64,000 nt of DNA from an uncultured Eubacterium sp. (GTDB lineage: Bacteria > Bacillota > Clostridia > Lachnospirales > Lachnospiraceae). The notes beneath the pieces were generated by a model. That model searched no databases, was not told the DNA's origin, and worked only from the letters and a program-made list of their open reading frames with translations. Location of the stretch: contig CAZAEM010000006.1 in the NCBI GenBank assembly GCA_964484225.1, positions 9,579 through 73,578 on the forward strand, written 5' to 3'. The translations under genes were made by a program, and so were the position numbers. This document shows positions 17,601 to 26,896 of this stretch, in pieces. Within the stretch, counting starts at the first letter, position 1, and every line of letters begins with the position of its first letter.

Positions 17601-18117
17601 GGATAAATACAGCGCGAAGAGCTGGTACAATCACTACCAGGAGAATGTGTACACCCTGCCCCAGCGGATCCGGGGACTTCAAGCCATCTCCATCGTGGTA
17701 TATCCCACCGTCAAGATGAGCCTGCAGGGGTTCTATTTCACAGAGAGAGAAAAAGCTTTCGGACAGCTGACGGCCCTGGAGAACAACCGCATCTCCGGCG
17801 ATATGTTCACCATAGCAGAGGACGCCATCAAAGACATCGGCAACAATGTCACACTGGAATATGAGAATATGAACTTCGGGGAGGCAGGCATCCGGCAGAT
17901 CACGATCTGCGGCCACTCTCCCATCGAAGTCAACACCATCCACGTCCGCTTCTACGGAGAGGACGGCAGCGAGGTAAACCAGATGGTGGAATTTCCGTTC
18001 AGCGAAGATTATCAGGAACTCACATTTCCCATCCGGGGATTTGCAGGCAGCGGCAAGGTGAATTTTATCTTTATGCCGGGCAGCAAATTCGATTTCCGGT
18101 GGTTCCGGTTTGAGTAA
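14698..18117 (+). CDS. Large GH2-family beta-galactosidase/glycosidase with C-terminal carbohydrate-binding-like modules
   Basis: The GH2 N-terminal sugar-binding region is NDNWYFHK...VPHDWMIY. The TIM-barrel motifs are NGSCEHHTLGALGAA and IIWGIGNE (acid/base Glu). AAGGAGGA lies 5 nt before the ATG. No signal peptide is visible. Confidence 0.85.
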   Translation: MRQLFNDNWYFHKAPLDTPIEHFYRAEDWQPVDVPHDWMIYNSEDLYEQAVSCYKKTFTVEDLGTDRLAILFEGVYMDNRIYLNGEEIFVWKYGYSQFEIDLTDLVRPGENTIWVTNVYRLPNSRWYPGSGIYRSVWLIRRPAVFLPTDSSYLSTENSGGDWTLYADFEIQNSTDTPVDVTLRHRILDETDTEVLVQEETIRAGEGLTVSRQTMSFCQPALWDIESPNLYRIRTELIQDGCPTQTEEQHFGFREIRFDPNKGFFLNGRHVKINGSCEHHTLGALGAAINREALRRQLTTLQKMGVNSVRSAHNMPSVELMELCDEMGLLLYSESFDMWESCKTDYDYGNYFNDWWERDLTSWVRQGRNHPSLIIWGIGNEIHDTNRERGPELTRMLRDAVKRLDPRGNAVVGMGSNVMDGEGAQKCAAEVDIAGYNYMDRLYDEHHRKYPGWCIFGSETASTLQSRGIYHFPLRNRLLTCDDGQCSSLGNCTTNWGAKDTAAAITAHRDRDFIFGQYIWSGWDYIGEPTPYFTKNSFFGQVDTAGFPKDSYYHYQAEWTDYRKNPMVHLLPYWDFNEGQLIDVRVYSNAPKVELFFNDRSMGAQFIDHARDTELAGDWQLPYQKGVLKALAYDENDNVIATDVQSSFGDPFSVSLKTDRDSLRADGEDLLFVEINTLDRDGIFVANSRSRMQVKVSGAGRLVGLDNGDSTDYEPYKGTSRKLFSGRLLAIVAARTEPGDVVIEVSSPGLTPARLTVPAVKSPVRQHISCHEENPVTGLDRADEIPVRKIELVNSGVSHLDETHPETTVTAKILPENATYRDLHFKAVTKDGVESNSVKIETDGDTARIRAVGDGSFRLCCSCGNGQTELSEILSELEFEVNGMGPASLDPYKMVNGINHSGCTSEAKLSFLGGIYITSGDRTRFLFDNVDFGEFGSDEIHIPIFSFEDEFPIEIWLGDSEDGGRMLIKDKYSAKSWYNHYQENVYTLPQRIRGLQAISIVVYPTVKMSLQGFYFTEREKAFGQLTALENNRISGDMFTIAEDAIKDIGNNVTLEYENMNFGEAGIRQITICGHSPIEVNTIHVRFYGEDGSEVNQMVEFPFSEDYQELTFPIRGFAGSGKVNFIFMPGSKFDFRWFRFE

Positions 18118-18129
18118 AAAGGACGACCA

Positions 18130-18150
18130 GGACAGTCTCACAGACTGTCC
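18130..18150. terminator. Hairpin between convergent GH2 and icd genes (possible terminator)
   Basis: GGACAGTCT-cac-AGACTGTCC is a perfect 9-bp stem. It overlaps the last icd codons. Only the minus-strand side has a nearby T-run. Confidence 0.35.
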
Positions 18151-19343
18151 ATGGTCTCCCGGATCGCCCGGATAAACTCCTGACTGTTCAGGATCACGGG
18201 ATTCTCGCAGGTGGAGATCAGTGAGAGGCTCTTTGTCATCTTCCCGTCCTCCACCGTCTTAACACAGGCCCTCTCCAGCTTATCCGCAAACTCCGTCAGC
18301 TCCGTGATACCATCCAGTTCTCCCCGCTTGCGCAGGGCCCCTGTCCAGGCATAGATGGTGGCGATGGAGTTGGTGGAAGTCTCCTCCCCTTTCAGATGCT
18401 TGTAATAATGGCGCTGCACCGTGCCGTGGGCCGCCTCGTACTCGTACACGCCGCTTGGGGAGACAAGGACAGAGGTCATCATGGAGAGATCGCCGTAGGC
18501 TGTGGCCACCATATCAGACATCACATCGCCGTCATAATTTTTGCAGGCCCAGATAAATCCGCCCTCCGAGCGTACCACCCGCGCCACGGCGTCGTCGATG
18601 AGTGTATAGAAATACTCAATGCCCCGGGCTTCAAACCGGCTCTTGTACTCCTCATCGTATATCTCCTGAAAAATATCTTTGAAATTGTGGTCGTATTTTT
18701 TGGAAATGGTATCCTTTGTGGCAAACCACAGATCCTGTCTGGTATCCAGCGCATAGTTAAAACATGCCCGGGCGAAACTCTGGATGGATTGGTCTGTATT
18801 GTGGATCCCCTGGAGGATACCCGGTCCGTCAAACTCGTGTATCGTCTCCCGGATCTCCGTCCCGTCCTCCCCGGTAAACACAAGCTCCGCCTTTCCCCTG
18901 CCGGGTACTTTGATCTCTGTATTTTTATACACATCCCCGTAGGCGTGGCGGGCTATGGTGATGGGTTTCGTCCAGTTCTTCACATAGGGGATGATCCCTT
19001 TTATCAGGATCGGCGCGCGGAACACCGTGCCGTCCAATATGGCGCGGATCGTCCCGTTGGGAGACTTCCACATCTCCTTCAGATCATACTCCGTCATTCT
19101 GGCCGCATTGGGCGTGATCGTCGCGCATTTCACCGCCACACCGTATTTCTTTGTGGCCTCCGCAGAATCCACCGTCACCTGGTCGTTGGTACTGTTCCGG
19201 TGCTCCAGGCCAAGATCATAATATTCCGTCTTCAGGTCAATATATGGCAGCAGTAATTCGTCTTTGATCATCTGCCACAGGATACGCGTCATCTCGTCCC
19301 CATCCATCTCTACCAGGGGAGTTTTCATCTGGATTTTTGCCAT
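18138..19343 (-). CDS. icd: NADP-dependent isocitrate dehydrogenase (about 400 aa, eukaryote-like subtype)
   Basis: The N-terminus reads [37 protein letters not shown]...[17 protein letters not shown]. Confidence 0.9.
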   Translation of the reverse strand: MAKIQMKTPLVEMDGDEMTRILWQMIKDELLLPYIDLKTEYYDLGLEHRNSTNDQVTVDSAEATKKYGVAVKCATITPNAARMTEYDLKEMWKSPNGTIRAILDGTVFRAPILIKGIIPYVKNWTKPITIARHAYGDVYKNTEIKVPGRGKAELVFTGEDGTEIRETIHEFDGPGILQGIHNTDQSIQSFARACFNYALDTRQDLWFATKDTISKKYDHNFKDIFQEIYDEEYKSRFEARGIEYFYTLIDDAVARVVRSEGGFIWACKNYDGDVMSDMVATAYGDLSMMTSVLVSPSGVYEYEAAHGTVQRHYYKHLKGEETSTNSIATIYAWTGALRKRGELDGITELTEFADKLERACVKTVEDGKMTKSLSLISTCENPVILNSQEFIRAIRETMDSL

Positions 19344-19380
19344 TTTCGTCTGCCTCCTTATGTTTGTTGTTGTTTTTCTG

Positions 19381-20334
19381 TCAACTGAAATAGACTACTT
19401 CATCCTTCGGCGGTCCCGCCTTCTCCACCTTGTCCGCCCACAACACCGGGTACAGGCCCTGATTTCTCCTGTCAAACTCCGGCTTCACTTTCACCGACAC
19501 CGTCACCCAGTCACCGGCGGTAAGGTTCGACGCATCCGCATAGTGACAGATAAAACCTATCTTTGTAATGTCGTCGGCGCAGCAGGTCATAGCCGCCCTG
19601 GCCGGGACAAAAGCATCCTTGGGGAATGTGTGGTTCCGGTACACCTGTCCCTTGAAGATGATCGTCTTACCCTCGTACTTGCCCGGGTGCTCACTGACAT
19701 CCAGATACCAGAGACCGAAATCATCGTCCTCCAGCGTGATCTCACTGGCTGTGACATCGTAGGGCAGCTCCTCCTCAATATTGCTCTCCACCGTGCCGTC
19801 CTCCGACTCGAAGAGGACCTGGGCCTGGCGGTTTATCCCCTTGACGTTCCGGCGCATGGCCGCCTTGTCCATATCCGGTGTACACCGGTTGAAGATCACA
19901 AGGTCCGACTGCTGGAAGTGGGCCATCAAAAGAGATTTCATATTGTTGATATACATCTGAAACGTCCCGGCGTTGACTGTGGTAAATGTCTGGACTACCA
20001 CCCAGTTCTCCGGTATCGTCACATTTAAGAGTTTTGTGAGATCCCACATGCCGTTGACTTCTATCATTATGCGGGCCGGTTTGTGCTGCTTTACCAGTTC
20101 GTTGCACCTGTCCTCTGTCAGGTCTTCCTCCTCGTCAATGACGACGGCTGTCACTTTGTAGTGCCGGAGGAGATTTTCGTCCACTTCCTTCTCCCCCTCC
20201 TCCGTAATGAGAAAGAGAGTCTTCATGCCATCGGCAAAATTACCTTCCTCCAGGATTTCCTGAATACAGGTGGATTTTCCACTCTCCAGAAAACCGGTAA
20301 AGAGATACACGGGAATGTCACGATTTCCGAACAT
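19381..20334 (-). CDS. CobW/COG0523-like GTPase that lacks the CxCC motif and is fused to a DUF1980/TIGR03943-like C-terminal domain
   Basis: Walker A is [11 protein letters not shown]. The C-terminal half reads KGQVYRN...[25 protein letters not shown] set the start at ATG 20334, 8 nt after AAGGAGG and 18 nt after the upstream stop. Confidence 0.7.
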   Translation of the reverse strand: MFGNRDIPVYLFTGFLESGKSTCIQEILEEGNFADGMKTLFLITEEGEKEVDENLLRHYKVTAVVIDEEEDLTEDRCNELVKQHKPARIMIEVNGMWDLTKLLNVTIPENWVVVQTFTTVNAGTFQMYINNMKSLLMAHFQQSDLVIFNRCTPDMDKAAMRRNVKGINRQAQVLFESEDGTVESNIEEELPYDVTASEITLEDDDFGLWYLDVSEHPGKYEGKTIIFKGQVYRNHTFPKDAFVPARAAMTCCADDITKIGFICHYADASNLTAGDWVTVSVKVKPEFDRRNQGLYPVLWADKVEKAGPPKDEVVYFS

Positions 20335-20351
20335 GTCATACCTCCTTTGTT

Positions 20352-21386
20352 CTATATCAGAAACATATCTTTGATTTCCTGCTCTTTCAACTCCGCCCCG
20401 ATCACACAAATCCTCCCGGTGTAATCGGCACTGCCACGGCGGATCTCATACTCGCCCGGAACCAGATCAAAATGATACCACTGGCCCTCCGTGGGCGCCA
20501 CGATCCCCTTCGCCCGCAAAATGGTTCCCAGTCCGCTGTCCTCCGCAGATAATTTTTTCAGAATATCCGTCAGTTCTTCCTCGGTGTACTTGTGCGCCGT
20601 CTCCATACCCATACTGGTAAACACATCATCTGCATGGTGATGGTGATGATGTCCGTGATCGTGGTCATGCTCATGGTCGTGGTGATGTTCGTGATCGTGG
20701 TCATGCTCATGGTCGTGGTGATGACCGCAGACAGGACACACATCCTCTTCCTCCAGAAGTTCCAGTTCCAGGGAGTTGCTCTCCTCGATAGCTCCGAGGA
20801 TCTGTTTTCCGCTGATTTCCTCCCAGGGCGTAGTGATCACGACCGCCTTCTCATTTTTCTCCCGGATCAGTTTCAGAGCGGCATCCAGTTTTTCATCCGA
20901 TATACTGCCGGTGCGGCTGAGCACGATGGTCTTGGCGCTCTCAATCTGATTATTGTAAAACTCTCCGAAGTTCTTCATATACATCTTGCATTTTGTGGCG
21001 TCCGCCACCGTCACATATCCATTCATCTCCACATCCGGATTTTTCTCCTGTATGGAGGAAACCGCTTTGATCACATCCGACAATTTCCCAACGCCGGAGG
21101 GCTCGATCATAATGCGGTCCGGCGAATACTTGTCTAAAACCTCCTGCAGAGCCGTCCCGAAATCTCCCACCAGCGAACAGCATATGCAGCCGGAATTCAT
21201 CTCCGTGATATTGATGCCGGCGTCCTTCAAAAAACCGCCGTCAATGCCGATCTCGCCAAACTCATTCTCAATCAGTACCAGTTTTTCTCCCTGAAAGGCC
21301 TCCTCGATCAGTTTTTTGATCAGCGTCGTCTTTCCCGCACCGAGAAAACCGGAAAAAATATCAATCTTTGTCATGTCAGTCCTCAC
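20352..21386 (-). CDS. COG0523-family (CobW/ZigA/YeiR-like) metallochaperone GTPase with a histidine-rich insert
   Basis: Walker A is SGFLGAGKTT and the canonical metal motif is GCICCS. The His-rich tract is CGHHHDHEHDHDHEHHHDHEHDHDHGHHHHHH. A CobW_C-like C-terminus follows. Confidence 0.85.
   Translation of the reverse strand: MRTDMTKIDIFSGFLGAGKTTLIKKLIEEAFQGEKLVLIENEFGEIGIDGGFLKDAGINITEMNSGCICCSLVGDFGTALQEVLDKYSPDRIMIEPSGVGKLSDVIKAVSSIQEKNPDVEMNGYVTVADATKCKMYMKNFGEFYNNQIESAKTIVLSRTGSISDEKLDAALKLIREKNEKAVVITTPWEEISGKQILGAIEESNSLELELLEEEDVCPVCGHHHDHEHDHDHEHHHDHEHDHDHGHHHHHHADDVFTSMGMETAHKYTEEELTDILKKLSAEDSGLGTILRAKGIVAPTEGQWYHFDLVPGEYEIRRGSADYTGRICVIGAELKEQEIKDMFLI
20654..20723 (-). repeat. 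Tandem 36-bp direct duplication inside the His-rich coding tract
   Basis: The 34-nt string cgtgatcgtggtcatgctcatggtcgtggtgatg occurs at 20654-20687 and again at 20690-20723. It encodes a repeated HD/HE dodecapeptide. Confidence 0.9.
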
Positions 21387-21403
21387 TTCTCTTTCTTTCT
21401 ATT

Positions 21404-21664
21404 TTACTGAAACATTTGCCTCTGCTGTCTCTCCAGCCAGTCGCTGGCGGTGGCGATCCCCTGGTCGCTGAACTCAAAATATTCCACTGTCTTTTCCTCT
21501 TTTGTCTTGTCGAAGATCAGGGGCCCCCTCCAGGCGATGGCCTGCAAAACCGGCCGCCCATCCTCCTCCGCTTTTTGCAGGCGGAAATTCATGCCGCGAT
21601 AACTGCCCATGAATACATTCTTCTCATAATAGGGCGTAGAATATAATGTGATATTTTCCAGCAT
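21404..21664 (-). CDS. Small hypothetical protein (86 aa), first gene of the COG0523 operon
   Basis: The ORF has GGGAGGG 6 nt upstream of ATG 21664 (MLENITLY...). It ends 18 nt before the next start. I recognise no motif. Confidence 0.5.
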   Translation of the reverse strand: MLENITLYSTPYYEKNVFMGSYRGMNFRLQKAEEDGRPVLQAIAWRGPLIFDKTKEEKTVEYFEFSDQGIATASDWLERQQRQMFQ

Positions 21665-21688
21665 CGGATCCCTCCCTTGTCCAGAGAA

Positions 21689-21717
21689 AGTATAGCACAA
21701 ATAAAAAAAACATGCAA
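21689..21717 (-). promoter_or_regulatory. Sigma-A-type promoter candidate for the small-ORF/COG0523 operon
   Basis: On the minus strand: TTGCAT (21717-21712), a 17-nt spacer, then TATACT (21694-21689). Confidence 0.45.
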
Positions 21718-21815
21718 AAAATATTTATTGCCCTTGAAAAAACGGGCAAAACATGGTTTAATCAGATGAGGCATGCTTTCATGCGCAATTAAGATATATT
21801 GAGGAGAGATGAATC

Positions 21816-23135
21816 ATGATAAAAGTGTTAAAATTCGGCGGCAGTTCCCTGGCCAGCGCAGAGCAGTTCAAGAAAGTGGGAGACATCATCCGCGCCGATG
21901 AAACCCGGCGCTACGTCATTCCCTCGGCCCCCGGCAAGCGGTATCCCGACGATGTAAAAGTCACGGATATGCTGTACCAGTGCTGCGAGCTGGCAGAGTC
22001 CGGCCAGGCGTTCACAAAACAGCTGGGTAAAATAAAGGACCGATACAATGAGATCATCCGCGGCCTGAAACTGGATTTTTCACTGGAAGATGATTTTAAC
22101 ACGATACGAAAACATCTGCTGGCAGGGGCCGGCCCCATGTACGCCGCCTCCCGCGGTGAGTACCTGAACGGAAAGATCATGGCGAAATATCTGGAATACG
22201 ATTTCATTGATGCCGCCAATGTCATCCGCTTTGACAAAGACGGGAATTTTGACTCCGAAACCACCAACGATCTGCTGGCCCGACGGCTGCAGGCCTCTGA
22301 GAGAGCAGTCATCCCCGGTTTTTACGGGGCCCGGGCAAACGGCACGATCGTCACATTTTCCCGGGGAGGGTCGGACATCACCGGCTCCATCGCAGCCCGG
22401 GCTGTCAACGCCAATCTGTACGAAAACTGGACCGATGTGTCGGGATTTCTGGTGGCGGATCCCCGCATCGTCCGGCATCCCCAGGTCATTCATACGATCA
22501 CGTACTCCGAATTGCGGGAGCTTGCCTACATGGGGGCCTCCGTGCTCCACGAGGATGCTATTTTCCCGGTACGGCGGGCCGGTATCCCCATCAACATACG
22601 AAACACCAACGCTCCCTCAGACGACGGAACGATGATCGTGCGGAGCACCTGTCGGATCCCCGCCTACACGATCACCGGGATCGCCGGAAAAAAGGGATTT
22701 GTAGCGGTGAATATTGAGAAGGACATGATGAACACCGAAATCGGCTTCGGCCGCAAGGTTCTCTGCGCCTTCGAGGACAACGGCATCTCCTTTGAACATA
22801 TGCCCTCCGGCATCGACACCATGACCGTTTTTGTCCATCAGGACGCCTTCGAAGAGAAGGAGCAGAAGGTGATCGCGGATATCCAGCGGACCGCCCACCC
22901 CGACTCCATCGAACTGGAATCCGACCTGGCTCTGATCGCCGTGGTAGGCCGGGGCATGAAGAGCACCAGAGGTACGGCGGGCAGACTTTTTTCCGCCCTG
23001 GCCCACGCCCATATCAATGTGAAAATGATCGACCAGGGCTCCAGCGAGCTGAACATCATCATCGGCGTCCGAAACGATGATTTCGAGGATGCGATACGGG
23101 CCATCTATGACATGTTTGTGGTCACGCAGCTCTGA
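21816..23135 (+). CDS. lysC: Aspartate kinase
   Basis: MIKVLKFGGSSLAS is present, with FSRGGSDITGS and C-terminal ACT-type repeats (ALIAVVGRGM...). Confidence 0.9.
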   Translation: MIKVLKFGGSSLASAEQFKKVGDIIRADETRRYVIPSAPGKRYPDDVKVTDMLYQCCELAESGQAFTKQLGKIKDRYNEIIRGLKLDFSLEDDFNTIRKHLLAGAGPMYAASRGEYLNGKIMAKYLEYDFIDAANVIRFDKDGNFDSETTNDLLARRLQASERAVIPGFYGARANGTIVTFSRGGSDITGSIAARAVNANLYENWTDVSGFLVADPRIVRHPQVIHTITYSELRELAYMGASVLHEDAIFPVRRAGIPINIRNTNAPSDDGTMIVRSTCRIPAYTITGIAGKKGFVAVNIEKDMMNTEIGFGRKVLCAFEDNGISFEHMPSGIDTMTVFVHQDAFEEKEQKVIADIQRTAHPDSIELESDLALIAVVGRGMKSTRGTAGRLFSALAHAHINVKMIDQGSSELNIIIGVRNDDFEDAIRAIYDMFVVTQL

Positions 23136-25748
23136 TCACCTTATGCGGCTCCCGAAGGGAGTCTTCTCGATCACGATCTTTCTGTCGATCCGGTTTTTCA
23201 GCTCCTCCACATGGGAGATGATGCCGATCATCCGGTTCCCGTCCGCCAGGCGGTCCAAAAGCTGCAGCGCCTGGCGCAGGGCCTGTTCGTCCAGTGTACC
23301 GAACCCCTCATCAATAAACATGGAATCCAGGCGGATCCCTCCGCTTCTCTCCTGCACCACATCCGACAGCCCGAGAGCCAGAGCCAGAGAAGCCATGAAG
23401 GACTCTCCCCCTGACAGAGTACTGACATCCCTCCATTTCGCCGTATTCCGGTCGAACACATCCAGATCCAGTCCGGCCTGGGCTCTCCGGTCTCTCGCCT
23501 GCTCCTTGCACCGCAGGACAAAAGTTCCCTCTGTCATCACCGCCAGCCGCTTGTTCGCCGCGGCGATGACCTGTCTGAAATAATACTGCTGTACATAGGC
23601 CTCCAGACTGATCTTGGCCTGTCCCTTTTTCCTGCCGTTAAACGTATCGCTCAGATCCTGCACAATGGTCCAGTGTTTCACCAGTTCCTCCCGCTCCCGC
23701 CATTTTCTCTCCAGCGCAGTGAGGCATTTTTCATCGGAATCACACAGAATGCATATTTCATCCCTCTCCTTCTTATCCTGTCTCTTCTTCTGTTCCACCT
23801 GTTTTATCTCCTGCTTCAGCGCCTCCATGTCAATGGGCGTCTTGTCCCCCTCCCGCTCCAGCGAACGGAGGGCGCCCTCCGCCTCCGCCCTTTCTCTCCG
23901 ATAGGCCTCCTGCTGCTTCCCCCTCTTTTTTCGCTCCCTCTCCGGCATCAGAGCCTGCAGAAACTCCTGGTCTGTCGAGAATCCCTGTTTTTTGCGGCCG
24001 CTCTCATATCTGCTCTTTGCCTGACTCAGCTGCGCCCCCAAATCCTTCATGCGCTGTTTTTTCTCCCGGATCAGAACCCGGCAGGCATCCCTTTTCTCCT
24101 TCTCTTCCTCCCTGCGCTCCGTCACTTCGGCCACTTTTCTGTCATACTCAGCCAGTTTCTGCTCCAGGGCCTCTCTCTGTTGACAAATATCCTCCATCCG
24201 GGCATCCTCCAAAAGATTTCTCTCCCGGATCTGCTTTTTCTTTTCCTGCCTCTCGGACTCCCGCACAGCCGTCTCCCTGGCCAGTCTCTGATACTCCTTT
24301 TCCGCCCGGGCCGCCTCCGCCTCTGCCCGCTCCACTTCCTCCCGGTCCGGCATCTCCTCCGTCCACCGGGCGGGGGCCGGGTGCTCTGTACTGCCGCACA
24401 CCGGACAGGGTTTCCCCTCCTCCAGTTCCGCGGCCAGTATCCCGGCGCCCCCGGCAAAGTGCCTGTCCCTGGTTTCCTCATATATTTTCCGCAGGTTTCC
24501 CGCCGTCTCCCTGGCCTCCAGCATTTTCTCCTTCTCATCCCTCCACAGAGTTTCCAGCTCCCTGTACTGCCCCAATATCTCTTCCGCATTTTTCAGATGT
24601 TCGATCTCCAGGGGGAGACGGTCCCTCTCCTCTCTCTTTTCCTGACAGCGGAGCAGTTCCTCCTCCAGCTTCTGAAACTGAGAGCTGATTTCCCTCTCCT
24701 CCTGTTCCACCTCCGCCAAAGCCTGGCTTTCACTCTCCAGCTGACCGCTGATCCGGTCATACTCCTTCTTCATAGGCTCCAGCCCGGCCGCCCTTTCCGC
24801 CAGGGACAGAAGTTCCTCCTCCCGCTCTATGTCCGCCCTCCGGCTCTCCAGTTTCTCCAGGGATTTTCTGGCCTTGTCCAGCGCCCGGATCCTCTTTTCG
24901 ATCTGTCGGCCCTCCTCCATGCGCCGCACCAGTTCCTTTATCTCCCTCTCCTGCTTTGCCAGATTCCGGTCCATATCCCGGATCCGGCTTTTCAGCCCCT
25001 TCACATAGCTCTCCAGCTCCTCCATCACAGCCGGGGCATTCTGTTCATTTTCCCTGTACCTTCGGATCCTCTCCTCCTGCTCCCCCTGCCCGAAGAGCCG
25101 GATCCCCGCCATGCCGGCCCGCAGTTCCACAGACAGGGCCTCGTACTGCCTCTTAAATTCGCTGTCCCTCCGCAGAACCTCCTCCTGGATCTGCCAGTAG
25201 ATCCCAGTGTCAAATATCTTCTGAAAGATTTCCTTCCTCTCTCTGCTCTCCGCGTTGAGTATCCGCAGAAAATCTCCCTGGGCGATCATCACTGTCTGGG
25301 CAAACTGGGAGCGGTCCAGACCGATGATATCCAGTATTTTCTCATTGACCTCATCCCGCCTGTCAAAGCTCTCCCCGGTATCCAGACACTCCAGATAGAC
25401 GGAAGCGCTCTCCGTGGTCATCTTCTCCCCCCGCCTGCTCTTCCTCTCATAGGCCGGATTTCTCAGAATACGGTATGATCTTCCCCTCTGTGAAAAACGA
25501 TACTCCACCATAGTCTTTCCATCTGCCGGTGCGTAATCCGACCGGAAACTCCGGCTCTCCCGGCGCTTGCGCCCACCGCTGGCCTCGCCGTACAGGGCAA
25601 AGGATATGGCATCAAAAATGGTGGTCTTTCCGGCGCCGGTATCTCCGGTCACAAGAAAAATCCCACCATCCCCCATGGCGGCGAAGTCGATCTCCTCCTC
25701 CCCGCCGTATGGCCCGAATCCACACATTTTCAAATACACAGGCTTCAT
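23136..25748 (-). CDS. sbcC: SbcC/Rad50-family DNA-repair ATPase (exonuclease subunit C)
   Basis: Walker A is VTGDTGAGKTT. A long coiled coil carries the zinc hook CPVCGSTEHP. The ABC signature is LSGGESF and Walker B is MFIDEGFGTLD. Confidence 0.9.
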   Translation of the reverse strand: MKPVYLKMCGFGPYGGEEEIDFAAMGDGGIFLVTGDTGAGKTTIFDAISFALYGEASGGRKRRESRSFRSDYAPADGKTMVEYRFSQRGRSYRILRNPAYERKSRRGEKMTTESASVYLECLDTGESFDRRDEVNEKILDIIGLDRSQFAQTVMIAQGDFLRILNAESRERKEIFQKIFDTGIYWQIQEEVLRRDSEFKRQYEALSVELRAGMAGIRLFGQGEQEERIRRYRENEQNAPAVMEELESYVKGLKSRIRDMDRNLAKQEREIKELVRRMEEGRQIEKRIRALDKARKSLEKLESRRADIEREEELLSLAERAAGLEPMKKEYDRISGQLESESQALAEVEQEEREISSQFQKLEEELLRCQEKREERDRLPLEIEHLKNAEEILGQYRELETLWRDEKEKMLEARETAGNLRKIYEETRDRHFAGGAGILAAELEEGKPCPVCGSTEHPAPARWTEEMPDREEVERAEAEAARAEKEYQRLARETAVRESERQEKKKQIRERNLLEDARMEDICQQREALEQKLAEYDRKVAEVTERREEEKEKRDACRVLIREKKQRMKDLGAQLSQAKSRYESGRKKQGFSTDQEFLQALMPERERKKRGKQQEAYRRERAEAEGALRSLEREGDKTPIDMEALKQEIKQVEQKKRQDKKERDEICILCDSDEKCLTALERKWREREELVKHWTIVQDLSDTFNGRKKGQAKISLEAYVQQYYFRQVIAAANKRLAVMTEGTFVLRCKEQARDRRAQAGLDLDVFDRNTAKWRDVSTLSGGESFMASLALALGLSDVVQERSGGIRLDSMFIDEGFGTLDEQALRQALQLLDRLADGNRMIGIISHVEELKNRIDRKIVIEKTPFGSRIR

Positions 25749-25777
25749 TTATTTTCTCCTTTCCCAGGGCAGACAGA

Positions 25778-26878
25778 TCATCCGTCGAGAATTTCCAGCA
25801 TGAGTTTCCGCTGTTCCTCACTCATCTCCACATCATGGTTCTGATACCGGTAAAAATCCTCGACCATCTCCAGTACCCCTTTGTTCTCGAAATTCCCCTG
25901 CTCCGGCTGTTCCCACTCTGTCACAGTCCTGGAATTTTCCACCCGGAATTTCAGCATGTTGGGGAACATGGCTGCCAGGGTGATACGGGCGTCCGGCGGC
26001 ACCTCCTCGTCGGTCACTGTCACCTCCAGATAATCCTCTGAGAAAGGCATGTCCATCAATGCTTCCATGCCTCCCTTCAACCGCCGCAGATCCCGGGCCG
26101 GATGGAGTTCCACCGGCCGCCACTCCACCTTGCCCCTCTCCCCCAGTTCCACGATGGTCACCGACTTTTTATGCGCTGCCTCGGAAAAAGAATATTTCAG
26201 GGGCGTGCCGCTGTAGCGGCATTTCCCCACATTCTGAGGGCCGTGGATATGTCCCAGCGCAGCGTAATCAAAATCACTGTACAGATCTGCCGGTATATTG
26301 TCCAGCCCGCCGATGGCAAACTCCTCGGAGTCACAGGTGGAGGCCCCTGTGACAAACTGGTGGCTTACGATCACATTGCGCTCCGCCGGATCGATCTCCT
26401 CCCTCTCCAGTATCTTTTGCACCGCATCCGCATATGTGACAATCTCCTCGTCCGGGAAAAATGACCTCACCGACACCGGCTTTACAAAGGGCAGGAGATA
26501 GAGATTCAGTTCCCCGAACTCATCGGTCAGCCGATGGCAGCATAGCTTCCCCTGGTAGGCCCCCTCAATATACACACCCCTCTCCTCGATCAGCCCGGAG
26601 AGATAGTTCACCCGGTCCCCGGAATCGTGGTTGCCGCTGATGGCATAGACCGAAATCCCCTGGGACACAAGAGCAGAGACAAAGGCGTCAAAGACACCCA
26701 TTGCCTCTGCAGAGGGATTGGCCCTGTCGTATATATCCCCGGCGATCAACACACTGTCACACCGCTCTCTCCCGGCGATCTCCCGGATCTCGTCCAACAC
26801 CAGTCTCTGCTCCTCCAAAAGGTTCACGTCAAAAATCCTCTTGCCTATGTGCAGATCCGCTGTGTGCAGAAAACGCAT
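25778..26878 (-). CDS. sbcD: SbcD/Mre11-family nuclease subunit
   Basis: MRFLHTADLHIGK, LIAGDIYD, and ISGNHD are the calcineurin-like phosphoesterase motifs. Confidence 0.9.
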   Translation of the reverse strand: MRFLHTADLHIGKRIFDVNLLEEQRLVLDEIREIAGRERCDSVLIAGDIYDRANPSAEAMGVFDAFVSALVSQGISVYAISGNHDSGDRVNYLSGLIEERGVYIEGAYQGKLCCHRLTDEFGELNLYLLPFVKPVSVRSFFPDEEIVTYADAVQKILEREEIDPAERNVIVSHQFVTGASTCDSEEFAIGGLDNIPADLYSDFDYAALGHIHGPQNVGKCRYSGTPLKYSFSEAAHKKSVTIVELGERGKVEWRPVELHPARDLRRLKGGMEALMDMPFSEDYLEVTVTDEEVPPDARITLAAMFPNMLKFRVENSRTVTEWEQPEQGNFENKGVLEMVEDFYRYQNHDVEMSEEQRKLMLEILDG

Positions 26879-26896
26879 ACGTACCTCCTATACTCA

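Noticed and set aside
20592-20760. Short periodic repeats (catggtg/gtgatg units) that at first glance could be a tandem-repeat or CRISPR-like array
   Set aside because: They are His/Asp/Glu codons of the COG0523 His-rich tract. There are no spacers, and only a single in-frame 36-bp duplication.
21665-21815. Possible L-box (lysine) riboswitch before lysC, and a Zur box before the COG0523 operon, in the divergent intergenic region
   Set aside because: The region is only about 150 nt including two promoter candidates, too short for an L-box of about 180 nt. I found no TCGTAAT-n-ATTACGA-like palindrome, only a weak AAATATTT.
23673-25478. 601-aa plus-strand ORF, plus several ORFs of 60-220 aa, antisense to sbcC
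   Set aside because: The extreme L/P/F/S-rich composition mirrors the E/K/R-rich coiled coil of SbcC on the other strand. SbcC has complete Walker A/B, signature and zinc-hook motifs.
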